Shown here: positions 40,526 to 50,661 of the stretch, piece by piece
Numbering within the stretch: the first letter of the stretch is position 1
How the letters are laid out: every line of letters begins with the position of its first letter
IMG/VR virus record: IMGVR_UViG_3300014656_000022
Coordinates: 1 to 64,000 of that record
Direction: 5' to 3' (one strand)
Origin: a virus
Lineage: Duplodnaviria; Caudoviricetes
Length of the DNA: 64,000 bases
The notes under the pieces: generated by a model
Databases searched by the model: none
What the model was told of the DNA's origin: nothing
The model's input: the letters and a program-made list of their open reading frames with translations, nothing else
Made by a program: the position numbers and the translations under genes

Positions 40526-41437
40526 TCATTTGTGTTTGCGGCGTCTCTTTATTTTTTTCCTCTCTTCTAGAGCTTTTGCCATATCCTTTTTAAACTGAAC
40601 CTTCTCTTGTTCTAATTTCTTTCTTAGATTCTCTTTATTTTTCTCTGCCCTCTCCTGAGCTATTCTGAGTCTATCTTCATCAGAGTAAATTACTATTTCT
40701 TTCCCTTCTTTTAACTGCTCTATATAGTCTTGATATACTCCTACTGTTTGTTTAGCCATCATGATTTTATCATGGTCTGGGCCAAGTTCAGTATCGTGAG
40801 CTTGCATTTCCTTCTTGGTAATAATAGTTCTCTCAGTAGCTGTTGGTGGCAAAGGAGGAGGAACTAGAGGTTTTTGCTGGTCTTCATAGACTTGTTTAGG
40901 ATTAACCATTCTGGGTGGTTTGATTCTTTGTTTTTGAGGTTCAGGAGAAAGTATTACTACGGGTTCAGTTAATATACCCGCCTGAATGAGCAATCTCTCT
41001 GCTTGTGCAACACGTATGACAAATGTGTCATAGTTCATACCATATACATCTTCTGGCTTATATGAAGGAAAAGCACGACAGATAGTTCCTACCATGTCAT
41101 GTATTCCTGAATCAACTCGTCTCCTAGCTATATCTAAGTCCAGATTAAATTGTTCAGCTGATGAGGGTCCTGAATATGCTCTAATAGCAGAAACAGTAGA
41201 GGATACTTCTCCCGCTGGAAGAAGATTAAAGAAGTCTAAATAGGACTGGTCTAATACACACTTTTTGAAGATTTCATCTTCTATTTGCTCATAAGGATAA
41301 GTCTTACTTCCAATGAGGTTTTCATATTCTAGATATTCTCCAAGAGTAAGGAGCCTAAATGGGATAGCTTTACCACCCGGGAGTTGGATGGCATATGCTG
41401 GACCATACTGCTCTCTGAGCCGCAGCAGCTCTTTCAT
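40526..41437 (-). CDS. Tail assembly chaperone-like protein (303 aa)
   Basis: N-half resembles 41440..41850 (FRLLTLGEY...IFKKCVL); charged C-tail; lies between tube genes and tape measure. Confidence 0.6.
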   Translation of the reverse strand: MKELLRLREQYGPAYAIQLPGGKAIPFRLLTLGEYLEYENLIGSKTYPYEQIEDEIFKKCVLDQSYLDFFNLLPAGEVSSTVSAIRAYSGPSSAEQFNLDLDIARRRVDSGIHDMVGTICRAFPSYKPEDVYGMNYDTFVIRVAQAERLLIQAGILTEPVVILSPEPQKQRIKPPRMVNPKQVYEDQQKPLVPPPLPPTATERTIITKKEMQAHDTELGPDHDKIMMAKQTVGVYQDYIEQLKEGKEIVIYSDEDRLRIAQERAEKNKENLRKKLEQEKVQFKKDMAKALEERKKIKRRRKHK

Positions 41438-41439
41438 TG

Positions 41440-41850
41440 TTAGAGCCGAGCAACTAACTGAGCAGCAACCTGAGGAGCAACAAAGTTAGACTGTTGCATA
41501 ATTTGTTCGTGGAGAGTAGAAAAGCTTCCTGCTTTCCTTTGAAGAGCTTCCTTTCCACCTTGGGATACCCAGAGAAGACATTTCTTTACAACTGTTTCTT
41601 CTACAGCTAAAGCAGAAGTCTGCTGTTGAGATAGATCTATTTGGAGCTGGACAAACTCTTGCCTGCTTACTGGTCTCCAAATGAATAACTCTGTCTCTGA
41701 GAATCCTGATAGAAGAATTTCTCCATACTTCTGTTTCCAGGCCACAATCTCTGTCTCTGCTGGTGCTCCTTCAAACCCTGCTAAAGCCTCTGTTAGCTTC
41801 CTTTCTGACGTTTGTTCCTCAACTGGTACTTGTTCTGTAGCTTCTTCCAT
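41440..41850 (-). CDS. Tail assembly chaperone (136 aa)
   Basis: GGAGAGG SD; WKQKYGEI...FIWRPVSRQEF...LHEQIMQQSNF pattern; canonical position. Confidence 0.65.
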   Translation of the reverse strand: MEEATEQVPVEEQTSERKLTEALAGFEGAPAETEIVAWKQKYGEILLSGFSETELFIWRPVSRQEFVQLQIDLSQQQTSALAVEETVVKKCLLWVSQGGKEALQRKAGSFSTLHEQIMQQSNFVAPQVAAQLVARL

Positions 41851-41858
41851 AACCTCTC

Positions 41859-42644
41859 CTATTTGATATCTTTCGCAAAGAATTGATAGACTTCCTGTAC
41901 AGGAGTTCCATCCATTCCTATTTGCTTAGAGTTTCCCAATATGTGTACATCTACGATCTTCTGGATAGTGTGATGAATACGATCATCTCCAACATAGTCT
42001 CCAAAAACGACGTAAATGTCAAATGGATTTAGCTTAGCAACGTCACACCTTCTATTGTCGGTAATATCGATAGTTCCACCATCGATTGCGTATGTAGTCT
42101 GGCCTTCTTTGCCCCAAACATAGTTCTCAAAGGCTTCAAAGATACTCTCTGCTCCCTTTGTCTCTCCTTCTTGCCTGGACCGATTCGAAAAGCCAGAAAG
42201 AGATAATTGGGCTTCTCTTGCAAGGGCTCCTAGATACTTGGTATCCGAAGTGAGTGGATTATTTCCATTAACTACCTGTTCAATATTTCTATATTGAGCC
42301 ATTTCTCGTGCTGGAACTCCTGATGGAAGACCGTCAGCGTTTCCATTAGTTGGGTCAAAGATAGGAACTTCACCATTCATAGCTTTATATCTATTCAGGA
42401 TGAGCCATAGATATCCAGCTTCTTTGAAGTTAATAGAGAACTGACCTTGGACGAGGACATTTCCTTTACTCACCGCGTCAAAGAGTTCAGATGCATAGCC
42501 ATATAAAGGAGTCTTACTCTGATGGACAGCAAAGGATAAAGAAGTTAACTCATCTACTAGGACATCTCCTATATAAAGAGTGCATTGCGCACTTGAAAAA
42601 AAATCGTTATCGTAGACTCCTCTCCTACTTATCCAGTCACCCAT
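41859..42644 (-). CDS. Tail-tube-fold paralogue (tube initiator-like, 261 aa)
   Basis: LTSLSFAVHQSKTPLYGY...KGNVLVQGQFSINF aligns with the major tube protein. Confidence 0.75.
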   Translation of the reverse strand: MGDWISRRGVYDNDFFSSAQCTLYIGDVLVDELTSLSFAVHQSKTPLYGYASELFDAVSKGNVLVQGQFSINFKEAGYLWLILNRYKAMNGEVPIFDPTNGNADGLPSGVPAREMAQYRNIEQVVNGNNPLTSDTKYLGALAREAQLSLSGFSNRSRQEGETKGAESIFEAFENYVWGKEGQTTYAIDGGTIDITDNRRCDVAKLNPFDIYVVFGDYVGDDRIHHTIQKIVDVHILGNSKQIGMDGTPVQEVYQFFAKDIK

Positions 42645-44987
42645 TTATCTACCTCTATACTTTCTTTGTATTCCAACTTTATTTAAATAGGCTAAATATT
42701 GGTCTCTCCCCGAAATTAGAAGACTGCTACCTGAAACCTCTTGTTTATTCAGCATATATCCTTTATCCAACTGAGATAGTTTTCTACGGCCGACAGCAGT
42801 CATAATATCTATATCTCTGGCTACAAATTGCATAACGCTTTCACTAAGTAAGTCCTCAATAGAGAACGTTATACCATCGTTTACAAATTCGAGGCCATAT
42901 ATTCCCATTCTTGAGACGCTTCCATATTCATTAGCAAAAACAATAGTACAGTCAATTGGAGGCAATTGGTCTGGGATTAGACTAGATAGTTCTGTATCTA
43001 AGATAGTTTCTCCATAATACTTTGCGTGGTCCATAGACCTGAGAAGAACAGCTAATGCATGCTCACTGAAGGTAGTAAATATCATACTACCAGCAATTGT
43101 ATTATGTACTGCAATAAAATTACAAATAAACTGATGTCTATCTTCTACTTCTAGATCATAGACTGCTAATTTTCCAACTTGCTCTTTTTTAACGACCTTG
43201 ATCTCTTGGTATTCTGGCGGTAGACTTGTTAATAAATCCGCAATATGAGAATGGACCCAATAGTTAAGTTCTGAATCGTTAAGAACCCTAGCAATACTTA
43301 AAGCCCTTTTAATACTTAAGGGCCGGTTCTTTTGATAAAGATTAAACTTAATACCTAATTGCTTTGTGGGAAACCCTTGACGTTTGCTAGCCTTTTTAAC
43401 TTCTGCAATAAATTCCTTGGGTTCTTCTGTTAAAATAGCTAGACTTCGAGAAAGAATTAAGTCTTGGTAAGGTCTAATTCGCTCATCCTTACCAAAAATA
43501 CCTACCAAGGAAACAAACTTATAAAGATTAAAGCTATCAGAAATAACTAGTTTATATGCATCATGCTTGCTAATTATTGAAGGTCGACCTCCTACCTTTC
43601 CAACCTCTGCACTCTTGTTCTTAAGACAATGTATGCCTAACTTACTTAACAACAATCTGACTCCATCTATTAATTCTTCAGATGTAGAACAATAAGATGC
43701 TTCTATGTATTTTAAGTCTTTAGATATTGAATATCCACCGTCGGTAGAAAAAAGATATTGGAGATAAAGAATAATTTGTCGTCTAGAGAGATTAGCTAAA
43801 AAATCATTAGGGACAAACTTCTGATGACTATATTTGTCATACAAGCCATATCGTAAAAGTGCTTCATGTAATGAATTATATTTTCTAAGCTTCCAGGATG
43901 TTTTACCTGTACCTGTACAAACGCTAATTCTTCTGTCTATACAACCCTTTTTCTGAACATCTGTAAATGGTATTTCTAGAGACTTGAGGATATTACTAGT
44001 TTCCTCCCCAATAGTTAGCATCTCCTCGTTTTTAATAGATAAAGTAATCCGATGTTCGATACTATTATTTGCTTTTGGATATCGATGTAAACCCCCATCA
44101 CCAGTTAACAATGCAATAAGTTTAAGTAAATAATCTGGGATATCATTATCTTCTTCTGGAACGGGGGTATATCCGACAGATAATACCTTATCTCCGACAA
44201 TTAGCTCGTTTGCCTTTGTCCAACCACTTGGAGTAAGAACAGGATGATCACAAGAAGCTGAAAGAGTATATCCATTTTCAAACGTTAGCTTAACGCATTC
44301 TTTATATCTTTGAGCAAAAGACCCAAGTACCTTATTATAGGTTTTGGCTGTAGATTGTACTAAGTCTCCTGGCAAAACATCTGCTACACTTATATAGCCC
44401 CTATCTTTGACAAGTACTTTTTCTGTAGCAGGTAAACATCTTTGACCTCGACAATAACCCTTAACGTAGCTCTGTCCCATTGCTCGCACTGGATATTTCT
44501 CTCTATGAGATTGAACAGAGAGGGTTTGTAGAGTTGCTAGAGTAACGGTTTCTACATGGTCCTCAAGTGCTTGTTGTTGATTTAAAATGTACTCTTCTAA
44601 ATGGCTTATCTCTTGTTCAAGCCTCACAACATCAGGATGATAAGTTGGGTCTGTAGGCCCACTTTGGTATCGATTAATAAGAGTCCTTCTACCCGCTATT
44701 TCACTTTCAATGTTGGTAATATCATCGTTGATTATTTTACTATCACTATCTTGTACTTTATACATATGTACTACTACTTTGATATCTGCCCCGGCGTAAG
44801 AGCTTCCTAGCCAATCTATATAGGTATAGTCGTCCTTATATCCTCTTAGACTCTCAGAAAGTCTAGAGTTTCCTGCTCCATTTCTCAAATCAGTGAGACC
44901 AACATCAGTACTTTGTGTTCCAGCTTTAGAACTAATAGTTGGAATTTTTACAGTTGAACTGGGAGGAGAAGATTTGTATTCAGTCAT
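42645..44987 (-). CDS. Tail-tube-fold paralogue containing an intein (780 aa; 334 aa after splicing)
   Basis: LQTLSVQSHREKYPVRAMG...RGQR|intein|TIAGSMIF...PPIDCTIVFANEYGS aligns with major tube RGKRGIAGTLIF...PPFDITLAAANEYGS. Confidence 0.85.
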   Translation of the reverse strand: MTEYKSSPPSSTVKIPTISSKAGTQSTDVGLTDLRNGAGNSRLSESLRGYKDDYTYIDWLGSSYAGADIKVVVHMYKVQDSDSKIINDDITNIESEIAGRRTLINRYQSGPTDPTYHPDVVRLEQEISHLEEYILNQQQALEDHVETVTLATLQTLSVQSHREKYPVRAMGQSYVKGYCRGQRCLPATEKVLVKDRGYISVADVLPGDLVQSTAKTYNKVLGSFAQRYKECVKLTFENGYTLSASCDHPVLTPSGWTKANELIVGDKVLSVGYTPVPEEDNDIPDYLLKLIALLTGDGGLHRYPKANNSIEHRITLSIKNEEMLTIGEETSNILKSLEIPFTDVQKKGCIDRRISVCTGTGKTSWKLRKYNSLHEALLRYGLYDKYSHQKFVPNDFLANLSRRQIILYLQYLFSTDGGYSISKDLKYIEASYCSTSEELIDGVRLLLSKLGIHCLKNKSAEVGKVGGRPSIISKHDAYKLVISDSFNLYKFVSLVGIFGKDERIRPYQDLILSRSLAILTEEPKEFIAEVKKASKRQGFPTKQLGIKFNLYQKNRPLSIKRALSIARVLNDSELNYWVHSHIADLLTSLPPEYQEIKVVKKEQVGKLAVYDLEVEDRHQFICNFIAVHNTIAGSMIFTTFSEHALAVLLRSMDHAKYYGETILDTELSSLIPDQLPPIDCTIVFANEYGSVSRMGIYGLEFVNDGITFSIEDLLSESVMQFVARDIDIMTAVGRRKLSQLDKGYMLNKQEVSGSSLLISGRDQYLAYLNKVGIQRKYRGR
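43101..44438 (-). mobile_element. Intein with LAGLIDADG homing endonuclease (446 aa)
   Basis: RGQR|CLPATE...SCDHPVLTPSGW...VYDLEVEDRHQFICNFIAVHN|T; helices ALLTGDG and YLFSTDG. Confidence 0.95.
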
Positions 44988-44991
44988 TATG

Positions 44992-45017
44992 AAGAAAGTG
45001 AGGGGATTGGACCCTCA
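44992..45017 (-). terminator. Weak intrinsic terminator after the major tube gene
   Basis: Minus strand TGAGGG-TCCAATC-CCCTCA followed by CTTTCTT. Confidence 0.55.
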
Positions 45018-45023
45018 AAGAAA

Positions 45024-45716
45024 TTAGGAAGAAGTATTATACAACTCATCTGTCTTTGGACTTCTTACAGGCTGCCAAGGACTTATAGTTCTTGCAACAT
45101 AGGTATTCTGCATTTCTGAAACGATATCATCAATGCTTACACCATAGCCTTCATTCAAAATCTCAGCTCCATAGATACGCATTACAGCAAAGCTTCCATA
45201 TTCATTAGCAGCTGCAAGAGTAATATCAAATGGAGGAATCTGGTCAGTAAACCATGGAGCACGGGCAGCTTGGTCTCCGTCAACACTAGTAATATTACTT
45301 TCGCCAAGAGTGACTGCATATTCATCCCAATCAATTGGAGAACCAGGATCATTTACAGTAGCAATTGGAACCTGAGTGAGTAAATCATTAGTACTAGTAT
45401 TAGGAATAAAGTCATCCAAATCAGACATAAATGGTAAATATGCTCTACCATCTTTCTCTGCTATGACACCAAAAGCATCTAGAAGAGCATGTCTATCAAA
45501 CATTAGGAAGATGAGAGTCCCTGCAATACCCCTCTTACCCCGTGAGAAGCTACGAGGATCAGCAGAGCCCATTGTGTACAGAGGAGCTTTCTCCCGAGTA
45601 ACACTGTAACTAATTGCCTGAATTTCAGCAATCACTTGATTGTTGAACACAGCCTTCATGTCTACACCACTAAAGCTGTGATATCCTCTGGCAAACTGTG
45701 AAACTTGACCAGCCAT
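45024..45716 (-). CDS. Major tail tube protein
   Basis: Directly after sheath; AGGAGG SD; IQAISYSVTREKAPLYTMG...RGKRGIAGTLIF; followed by a hairpin, as expected for a high-copy gene. Confidence 0.85.
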   Translation of the reverse strand: MAGQVSQFARGYHSFSGVDMKAVFNNQVIAEIQAISYSVTREKAPLYTMGSADPRSFSRGKRGIAGTLIFLMFDRHALLDAFGVIAEKDGRAYLPFMSDLDDFIPNTSTNDLLTQVPIATVNDPGSPIDWDEYAVTLGESNITSVDGDQAARAPWFTDQIPPFDITLAAANEYGSFAVMRIYGAEILNEGYGVSIDDIVSEMQNTYVARTISPWQPVRSPKTDELYNTSS

Positions 45717-45726
45717 TTATTCCTCC

Positions 45727-47604
45727 TTATACCGCAGCTAGAGCTACGACAATAGTAATTCTACGTAACTCAAATGCTGGTACTAATTTTAGTTCAAGAG
45801 TTGCTTGACCAAGAACGCGCTGAGCAGGAGTAATAATCAGATTGTATTCGTATCTCCTGATTAGCTTATTCTTTACAGATAATTGGAGTGATTTTCCAAT
45901 TGCAGTATCTAGCGCAGCAACTTGAGCACCAGATAAATCTTCACCAAGATATACATCACACTTAACCCGAATATCATCTATAGTTGCCTTTACCTGGCGA
46001 ACAGTAGAGAGTCTCTGATAATCACTATCAGGTCTCGCAGCTGTAGGAGCATCTGTTACAACAATTCCCTTTGGCTTTTGATGGAAAGTAACATATCTCT
46101 TCCCAGCTAGAAGATCGAGTTTGGTTAGTCTCAACCTTGCTGGTAGTCTCACACCAGGAACAACCTTATTCATTGGCGAGCTAGAAGCAGGAAGCTTAGA
46201 ATAGAAACCTGCATATACAGCTGCACCAGTAGCGTTATATGCTGTAGTCTGAGATGGATTTGCTAGGACAGCATAACTTGCAACGATATTAATATATTTG
46301 CCAATATCAATTAGATGATCATTGTCATCTTTTTGCTGTGTACCATCAATAAATCCATCATCGGTTGCAATAAATCCACCACCAGCAAGACCTTCTACAC
46401 CATCAATTACATGACCAGGGATGCCACCAGAAGTAATCTTTCCAGCCATCCATTTGTTTCCTAGAAGACCAGTCCCATTGACAGATACAACAGACCTTCC
46501 AGAACCGTCTGTGGTTAGAGTAGGAACAGTGCCTACCCAAGCAGACATCCCGACTGGAGCAAAAGAAGCAGGTGGAAGAACACCAATGTTTCCAGTAACG
46601 TCTACGCTATTCTGAGCCATATTCCAACAGAAATTAGCCATTTGGTGAGCAAAGTTTACTTCATGGAAGTCACTGAAAGTCAGAGCTGTTCCATCTGTTT
46701 TCAGAGTTGAGCTAGCAGATCCAGCAGAAGGATAGAGTTGTGCTCCTGAGAAACTATTCAGGAGAGTTGGATCAGCAGGGAACCACCACCAGAAATAATT
46801 CTTACCTAAATATTCTTCTGTATAGACTCTTCCAAGAACATCATCAGTTGCTCCTGGATCAGGATAAGTAGAAATAGCGGTAAGAGTCCTAGTAGTAATA
46901 GTAGCTGCAGCCATATCCATTACATTGAGATCATCCATGTAGACATTCATTGGTACAACAATGTCAATGTCTGCATCTTCGAGGTTCTGATAAGCTGTAT
47001 AGAGAGCTTCCCACATTTCCATTCTTGAGAGATTTAGTCCATCTGTACCAGCCGTATAACTAGCACCAGAGACGCCTTCTGCGGCTGCAAGAGTTACAGG
47101 AACCGCAAGAGTTCCAATATCGTTAGCTCCAGTAGTAGCTGTACCAGTTACACTTACCTCGGTAAGGTCAACTCTTTCATCTGGATAGGAAGGATAGTTA
47201 TCATAAACTAACTCTCCATCTGATACGCGCCAAACACGAAGACGAAGTTCTGTATCATCCCAGAAAATTTCGTAGTCTGTACCAGCAGAGTCATCCTTAG
47301 CGATAGTCTCAATAGTTAGTCCGGTTCCTACAGTAGCTAGAACAGCTGAAGTAGCACCGACACGATATAGATTGGGATTCTTTGCCCCACCTTGGGTAGC
47401 CTCATAGAGACCACGAATGAGATTACCGCTCTTAGCAAATAGTCTCACACTATCAGATGCCCTCTGAACTCTATGTAGAGTATCTGAAACACCCTGTGAG
47501 GCAGTTCCTAGGACTAAAGTAACTGGGTCAGAACTAACGGGGAGAACAATAAGATTACCATCTTGTTCTTCTTTATATACACCCGAGAGATATGTAAAAG
47601 CCAT
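45727..47604 (-). CDS. Tail sheath protein
   Basis: LVLGTASQG near N-terminus; C-terminal GIVVTDAPT...DYQRLSTVR...LVPAFELRRITIVV sheath signature. Confidence 0.93.
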   Translation of the reverse strand: MAFTYLSGVYKEEQDGNLIVLPVSSDPVTLVLGTASQGVSDTLHRVQRASDSVRLFAKSGNLIRGLYEATQGGAKNPNLYRVGATSAVLATVGTGLTIETIAKDDSAGTDYEIFWDDTELRLRVWRVSDGELVYDNYPSYPDERVDLTEVSVTGTATTGANDIGTLAVPVTLAAAEGVSGASYTAGTDGLNLSRMEMWEALYTAYQNLEDADIDIVVPMNVYMDDLNVMDMAAATITTRTLTAISTYPDPGATDDVLGRVYTEEYLGKNYFWWWFPADPTLLNSFSGAQLYPSAGSASSTLKTDGTALTFSDFHEVNFAHQMANFCWNMAQNSVDVTGNIGVLPPASFAPVGMSAWVGTVPTLTTDGSGRSVVSVNGTGLLGNKWMAGKITSGGIPGHVIDGVEGLAGGGFIATDDGFIDGTQQKDDNDHLIDIGKYINIVASYAVLANPSQTTAYNATGAAVYAGFYSKLPASSSPMNKVVPGVRLPARLRLTKLDLLAGKRYVTFHQKPKGIVVTDAPTAARPDSDYQRLSTVRQVKATIDDIRVKCDVYLGEDLSGAQVAALDTAIGKSLQLSVKNKLIRRYEYNLIITPAQRVLGQATLELKLVPAFELRRITIVVALAAV

Positions 47605-47607
47605 CTG

Positions 47608-48330
47608 TTATTCCTCCAAAAAGTCTCTCTTGGTCACGAGAGTAATAATGATTTCCTCCAGTGTTTTTTCACTCGTAGTCTTCAGTTTCTCTGTTCTGAC
47701 AAAATAGTCAATCGGTCTACCATACCATTTGTTATCTTTTACCGTAACTACAATATCATTACTTTGCCCTTTGTATATCACTCTCTGAATACCACTTATG
47801 ACAAACCACCAGGTATAGTCATCCATGAGATTTTCAAACCATTCGGCACGCTGATTAGCAACTTTATTTGTACGTGCCCAACATGTGAAACGAACAATAT
47901 TGTCATACCACATGCCAGTAATCATTTTCTTATATCCAGGAAACGTTGGGTCATCTAGTGACTCACGTAATCTGGGTCTCAGATTTTTTACATCTCCCTC
48001 TCCAGGGGCCCCCTGAGAAAAGGACCCTGGTTCTCGTTTCATGAGAGAAAATGTAATTGTTGGTGTCTCATTCTCAAAATCTGGTTCCTCTTCTGTAAAA
48101 TTAACTTTGTTTATATCGAGTGTTCCAGCTCTGGTTTCATAGTTGACAATAGCTTGACGTACTAGTTCATAGAACTCCTTGAGGCTCTTTACTGTCCCGG
48201 GAGTCTTTATCCGAGTAGTCATCCTTGGAGCTTCAATAGTCTGACTCTTTAAGAAGTCATATATAGTATTGACTTGAATCCTAACTTGACTCTCAGTTAA
48301 ACTACTATTTAGTAAGTCTTCTAATGCCAT
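47608..48330 (-). CDS. Tail terminator/completion protein
   Basis: Just upstream of sheath; PTITFSLMKREP...DNIVRFTCWARTNKVAN pattern. Confidence 0.65.
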   Translation of the reverse strand: MALEDLLNSSLTESQVRIQVNTIYDFLKSQTIEAPRMTTRIKTPGTVKSLKEFYELVRQAIVNYETRAGTLDINKVNFTEEEPDFENETPTITFSLMKREPGSFSQGAPGEGDVKNLRPRLRESLDDPTFPGYKKMITGMWYDNIVRFTCWARTNKVANQRAEWFENLMDDYTWWFVISGIQRVIYKGQSNDIVVTVKDNKWYGRPIDYFVRTEKLKTTSEKTLEEIIITLVTKRDFLEE

Positions 48331-48930
48331 TTATCCAACAGACCCATTGAGAAACTTTGTTTTCTGTTTATGGGCCGCAACCTTCCAAAATTCTAATCTA
48401 CCTTCATCTGCTCGGAAATCTATGAGACTCTCTATTCTATAGAGAATAGTCCTTCTATAGGGAAGGACTGGACTTCCTTCATTATCTAGGGCAATTTCTA
48501 CAATTCTATCCTTCTCAGTTATATCTACCCTAGAACGAATATAGAATATCACGAGAGGAATATTGAGCAAGCTTGGTACTGTAGGTACTACTCTTGTAGC
48601 TAAGGAAGAATCTCCCTCTAGGATAACTTTATAGGTATCTACGAGGATTTCGTCCCAAAAATATCCTTCCCCGAAACAGAAAGTGCAAAATGTATCTATA
48701 TCAGGTTCTCCAGTCAAAGGGGATTTACATGGACAAGGAGTAAGGTCCCCATTGTTATCTCTTCTCATCTTGCGAAGAGCAACAGGTCTTGCCTTGGCAA
48801 TTTCAGGCCATTTTCCATCAAACATATTGTTTAGCTCTTCTCTCATAGAAGGCTCTGTTCGACCGCTATAATAAGGGTCTGAAAGGCTCGTATCTATTGT
48901 GTATGGGTTCCAAATAGCCATTTCTACCAC
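48331..48930 (-). CDS. Neck/head-closure protein with Cys cluster
   Basis: CPC...CTFCFGEG; position in neck module. ATG 48921 is a likely alternative start. Confidence 0.6.
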   Translation of the reverse strand: MVEMAIWNPYTIDTSLSDPYYSGRTEPSMREELNNMFDGKWPEIAKARPVALRKMRRDNNGDLTPCPCKSPLTGEPDIDTFCTFCFGEGYFWDEILVDTYKVILEGDSSLATRVVPTVPSLLNIPLVIFYIRSRVDITEKDRIVEIALDNEGSPVLPYRRTILYRIESLIDFRADEGRLEFWKVAAHKQKTKFLNGSVG

Positions 48931-49904
48931 CAGCGTTTGACATATGTCTTCTTATAGCGTCGTCTATATAATTGACCCTGTTGGTTATTTGTAGCGGGAA
49001 TTCGCCTATTTACACCTCCGTCACTATCACCTTCCCATATCCTCGCTGGAGCAATCCTATCTGGGTCATATATACCCTTGATAACCATTGAGGGTTGAGA
49101 AGACTTCTTTGCTTGACCTCTAGAAAGAACTTGCGGTTCCCAGCGCGCCATACAGTTACGGAGATCATCCATTGTATTCTGGAGACCTCTAGTGTCATAC
49201 TCCACTGATAAATCGGCTAGAGATTTACTACGAAGGATATTTGAAGCAGTGTTCTGTAGAAGCATATATGATGCAAGACAGGTAACATATTCTCTACGCG
49301 CGTGATCAAATAAAGAGCTGTCACTAGTAGTTGTAGCCCAAGTTAGGGCATCTGCTTCTATACTTGCTTCTAGATTAGCTAGTTGAAGAGTGTCATCAGG
49401 GATATTCCTTATATATGCCCCGACCTTGAGCCTCATCTTTCTTGTGCTCGTATATGCAGGACTTATAGTAGTTAAGAAGTTAAACGAGTATTCTCCATCC
49501 ATGCTGGTTCCATCCAGAGCTTGTAAACCAGAGACAATATTAACTTCTACAAAGTTATTATTATACAGTTGACTGGGAAGCTCATAGATAACTCCAGAAG
49601 CAGTTACATCAAAGGAGAAAAGTGCGGAGATACGTTGTACAGTCAGGTCTCCATTCCATTGATGTTTCCAAGTTCCTCCTGGCCCAGAGAGGGGAACAGT
49701 ATAGTCATAGCTATATATCCCATCTCCAAGATAGGTAGGTATACCAGAAGCTACTGTAGCATTAGCGGGTAAGTAGACCTCTACTGTTGGGTCATAGATA
49801 TTGAGATGAGGATATGTTACTTCAGCTGTATCTCCCAAGTCATCTTTAAATTGACTACGGAGGGTAATAATCTGACCAGCTCTGACTTCATGTTGACTTG
49901 TCAT
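48924..49904 (-). CDS. Neck/head-tail adaptor protein
   Basis: KSLADLSVEY adaptor-like motif; N-terminal Ig-like segment; position. Confidence 0.6.
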   Translation of the reverse strand: MTSQHEVRAGQIITLRSQFKDDLGDTAEVTYPHLNIYDPTVEVYLPANATVASGIPTYLGDGIYSYDYTVPLSGPGGTWKHQWNGDLTVQRISALFSFDVTASGVIYELPSQLYNNNFVEVNIVSGLQALDGTSMDGEYSFNFLTTISPAYTSTRKMRLKVGAYIRNIPDDTLQLANLEASIEADALTWATTTSDSSLFDHARREYVTCLASYMLLQNTASNILRSKSLADLSVEYDTRGLQNTMDDLRNCMARWEPQVLSRGQAKKSSQPSMVIKGIYDPDRIAPARIWEGDSDGGVNRRIPATNNQQGQLYRRRYKKTYVKRWW

Positions 49905-49913
49905 TTTCCCTCC

Positions 49914-50660
49914 TTAGATTTTAATCTTTAGATACTTCCCGTCTAGCTCAAACAGCTTAAATAAGTTTCCTACTGCTTGAGCATTTACAGAAGGATGATC
50001 TGTTGCAACAGAAGTAACTACTTCAATAGCATTATTATTTACACTATCAGGATCTACTTCTTTGTTAAATTCAATTACTATTTCCTCTAGGTCTGTATCC
50101 TGCTCTATTGTATGATTTGCAGGAGTGGTCTTAACAATAGTAAGAGGTCCTGCAGTAGTTGTAAAATTTATTGCTTGTGGACTAGAAGCTAAGATAGATG
50201 TTGAGATAGTAGATGGAAGTGTTTCTATTGATCCACTTCCTGTAGTAAATCCCCAACTAATGAATCCAGATACAGTATTACCGTCATTATCTAATGGAGC
50301 TGATATGTTTACGTAATATTCGGTATGTGGAGCTAATGGTCTAGTTGGAGTAAATGTTAATCTAGTGGACACTCCAGAAACTACATCAAATGAGTATTCC
50401 CCCTGAACAATCCCCCTATATCCTGGAGACATGAGAAAGTCATCTAAGTCTCCCTGAGAGACATTATCTGGTTCTATTAGTAGAGCTAATCCTTCTCCTA
50501 CAAACTGGTCTGTGTCTGGCCCTTCAACAAAAAAGTTTTCTTCTAAGTCATCTGTATCCATATGCAAATCAAAGTCTGTCCAGACTGCGCTTGCAAGTGG
50601 AACGTTGACCCCAGAAGCAGGGGGGAAATAATCACTGATAATGTCTGCCAGATTGGCCAT
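49914..50660 (-). CDS. Ig-like (SbsA-type) domain virion protein
   Basis: FPPASGVNVPL...LTFTPTRPLAPHTEYYVNI; IVKTTPAN...IVIEFNKEVDPDSV. Confidence 0.7.
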   Translation of the reverse strand: MANLADIISDYFPPASGVNVPLASAVWTDFDLHMDTDDLEENFFVEGPDTDQFVGEGLALLIEPDNVSQGDLDDFLMSPGYRGIVQGEYSFDVVSGVSTRLTFTPTRPLAPHTEYYVNISAPLDNDGNTVSGFISWGFTTGSGSIETLPSTISTSILASSPQAINFTTTAGPLTIVKTTPANHTIEQDTDLEEIVIEFNKEVDPDSVNNNAIEVVTSVATDHPSVNAQAVGNLFKLFELDGKYLKIKI

Positions 50661-50661
50661 A

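Noticed and set aside
40526-41850. Programmed frameshift joining the two tail chaperones (lambda G/GT type)
   Set aside because: The second gene has its own ATG 2 nt after the first stop and repeats the same domain; no convincing slippery site was seen.
45727-50660. Extracellular contractile injection system or tailocin rather than phage
   Set aside because: Terminase, portal, protease and major capsid genes are present.
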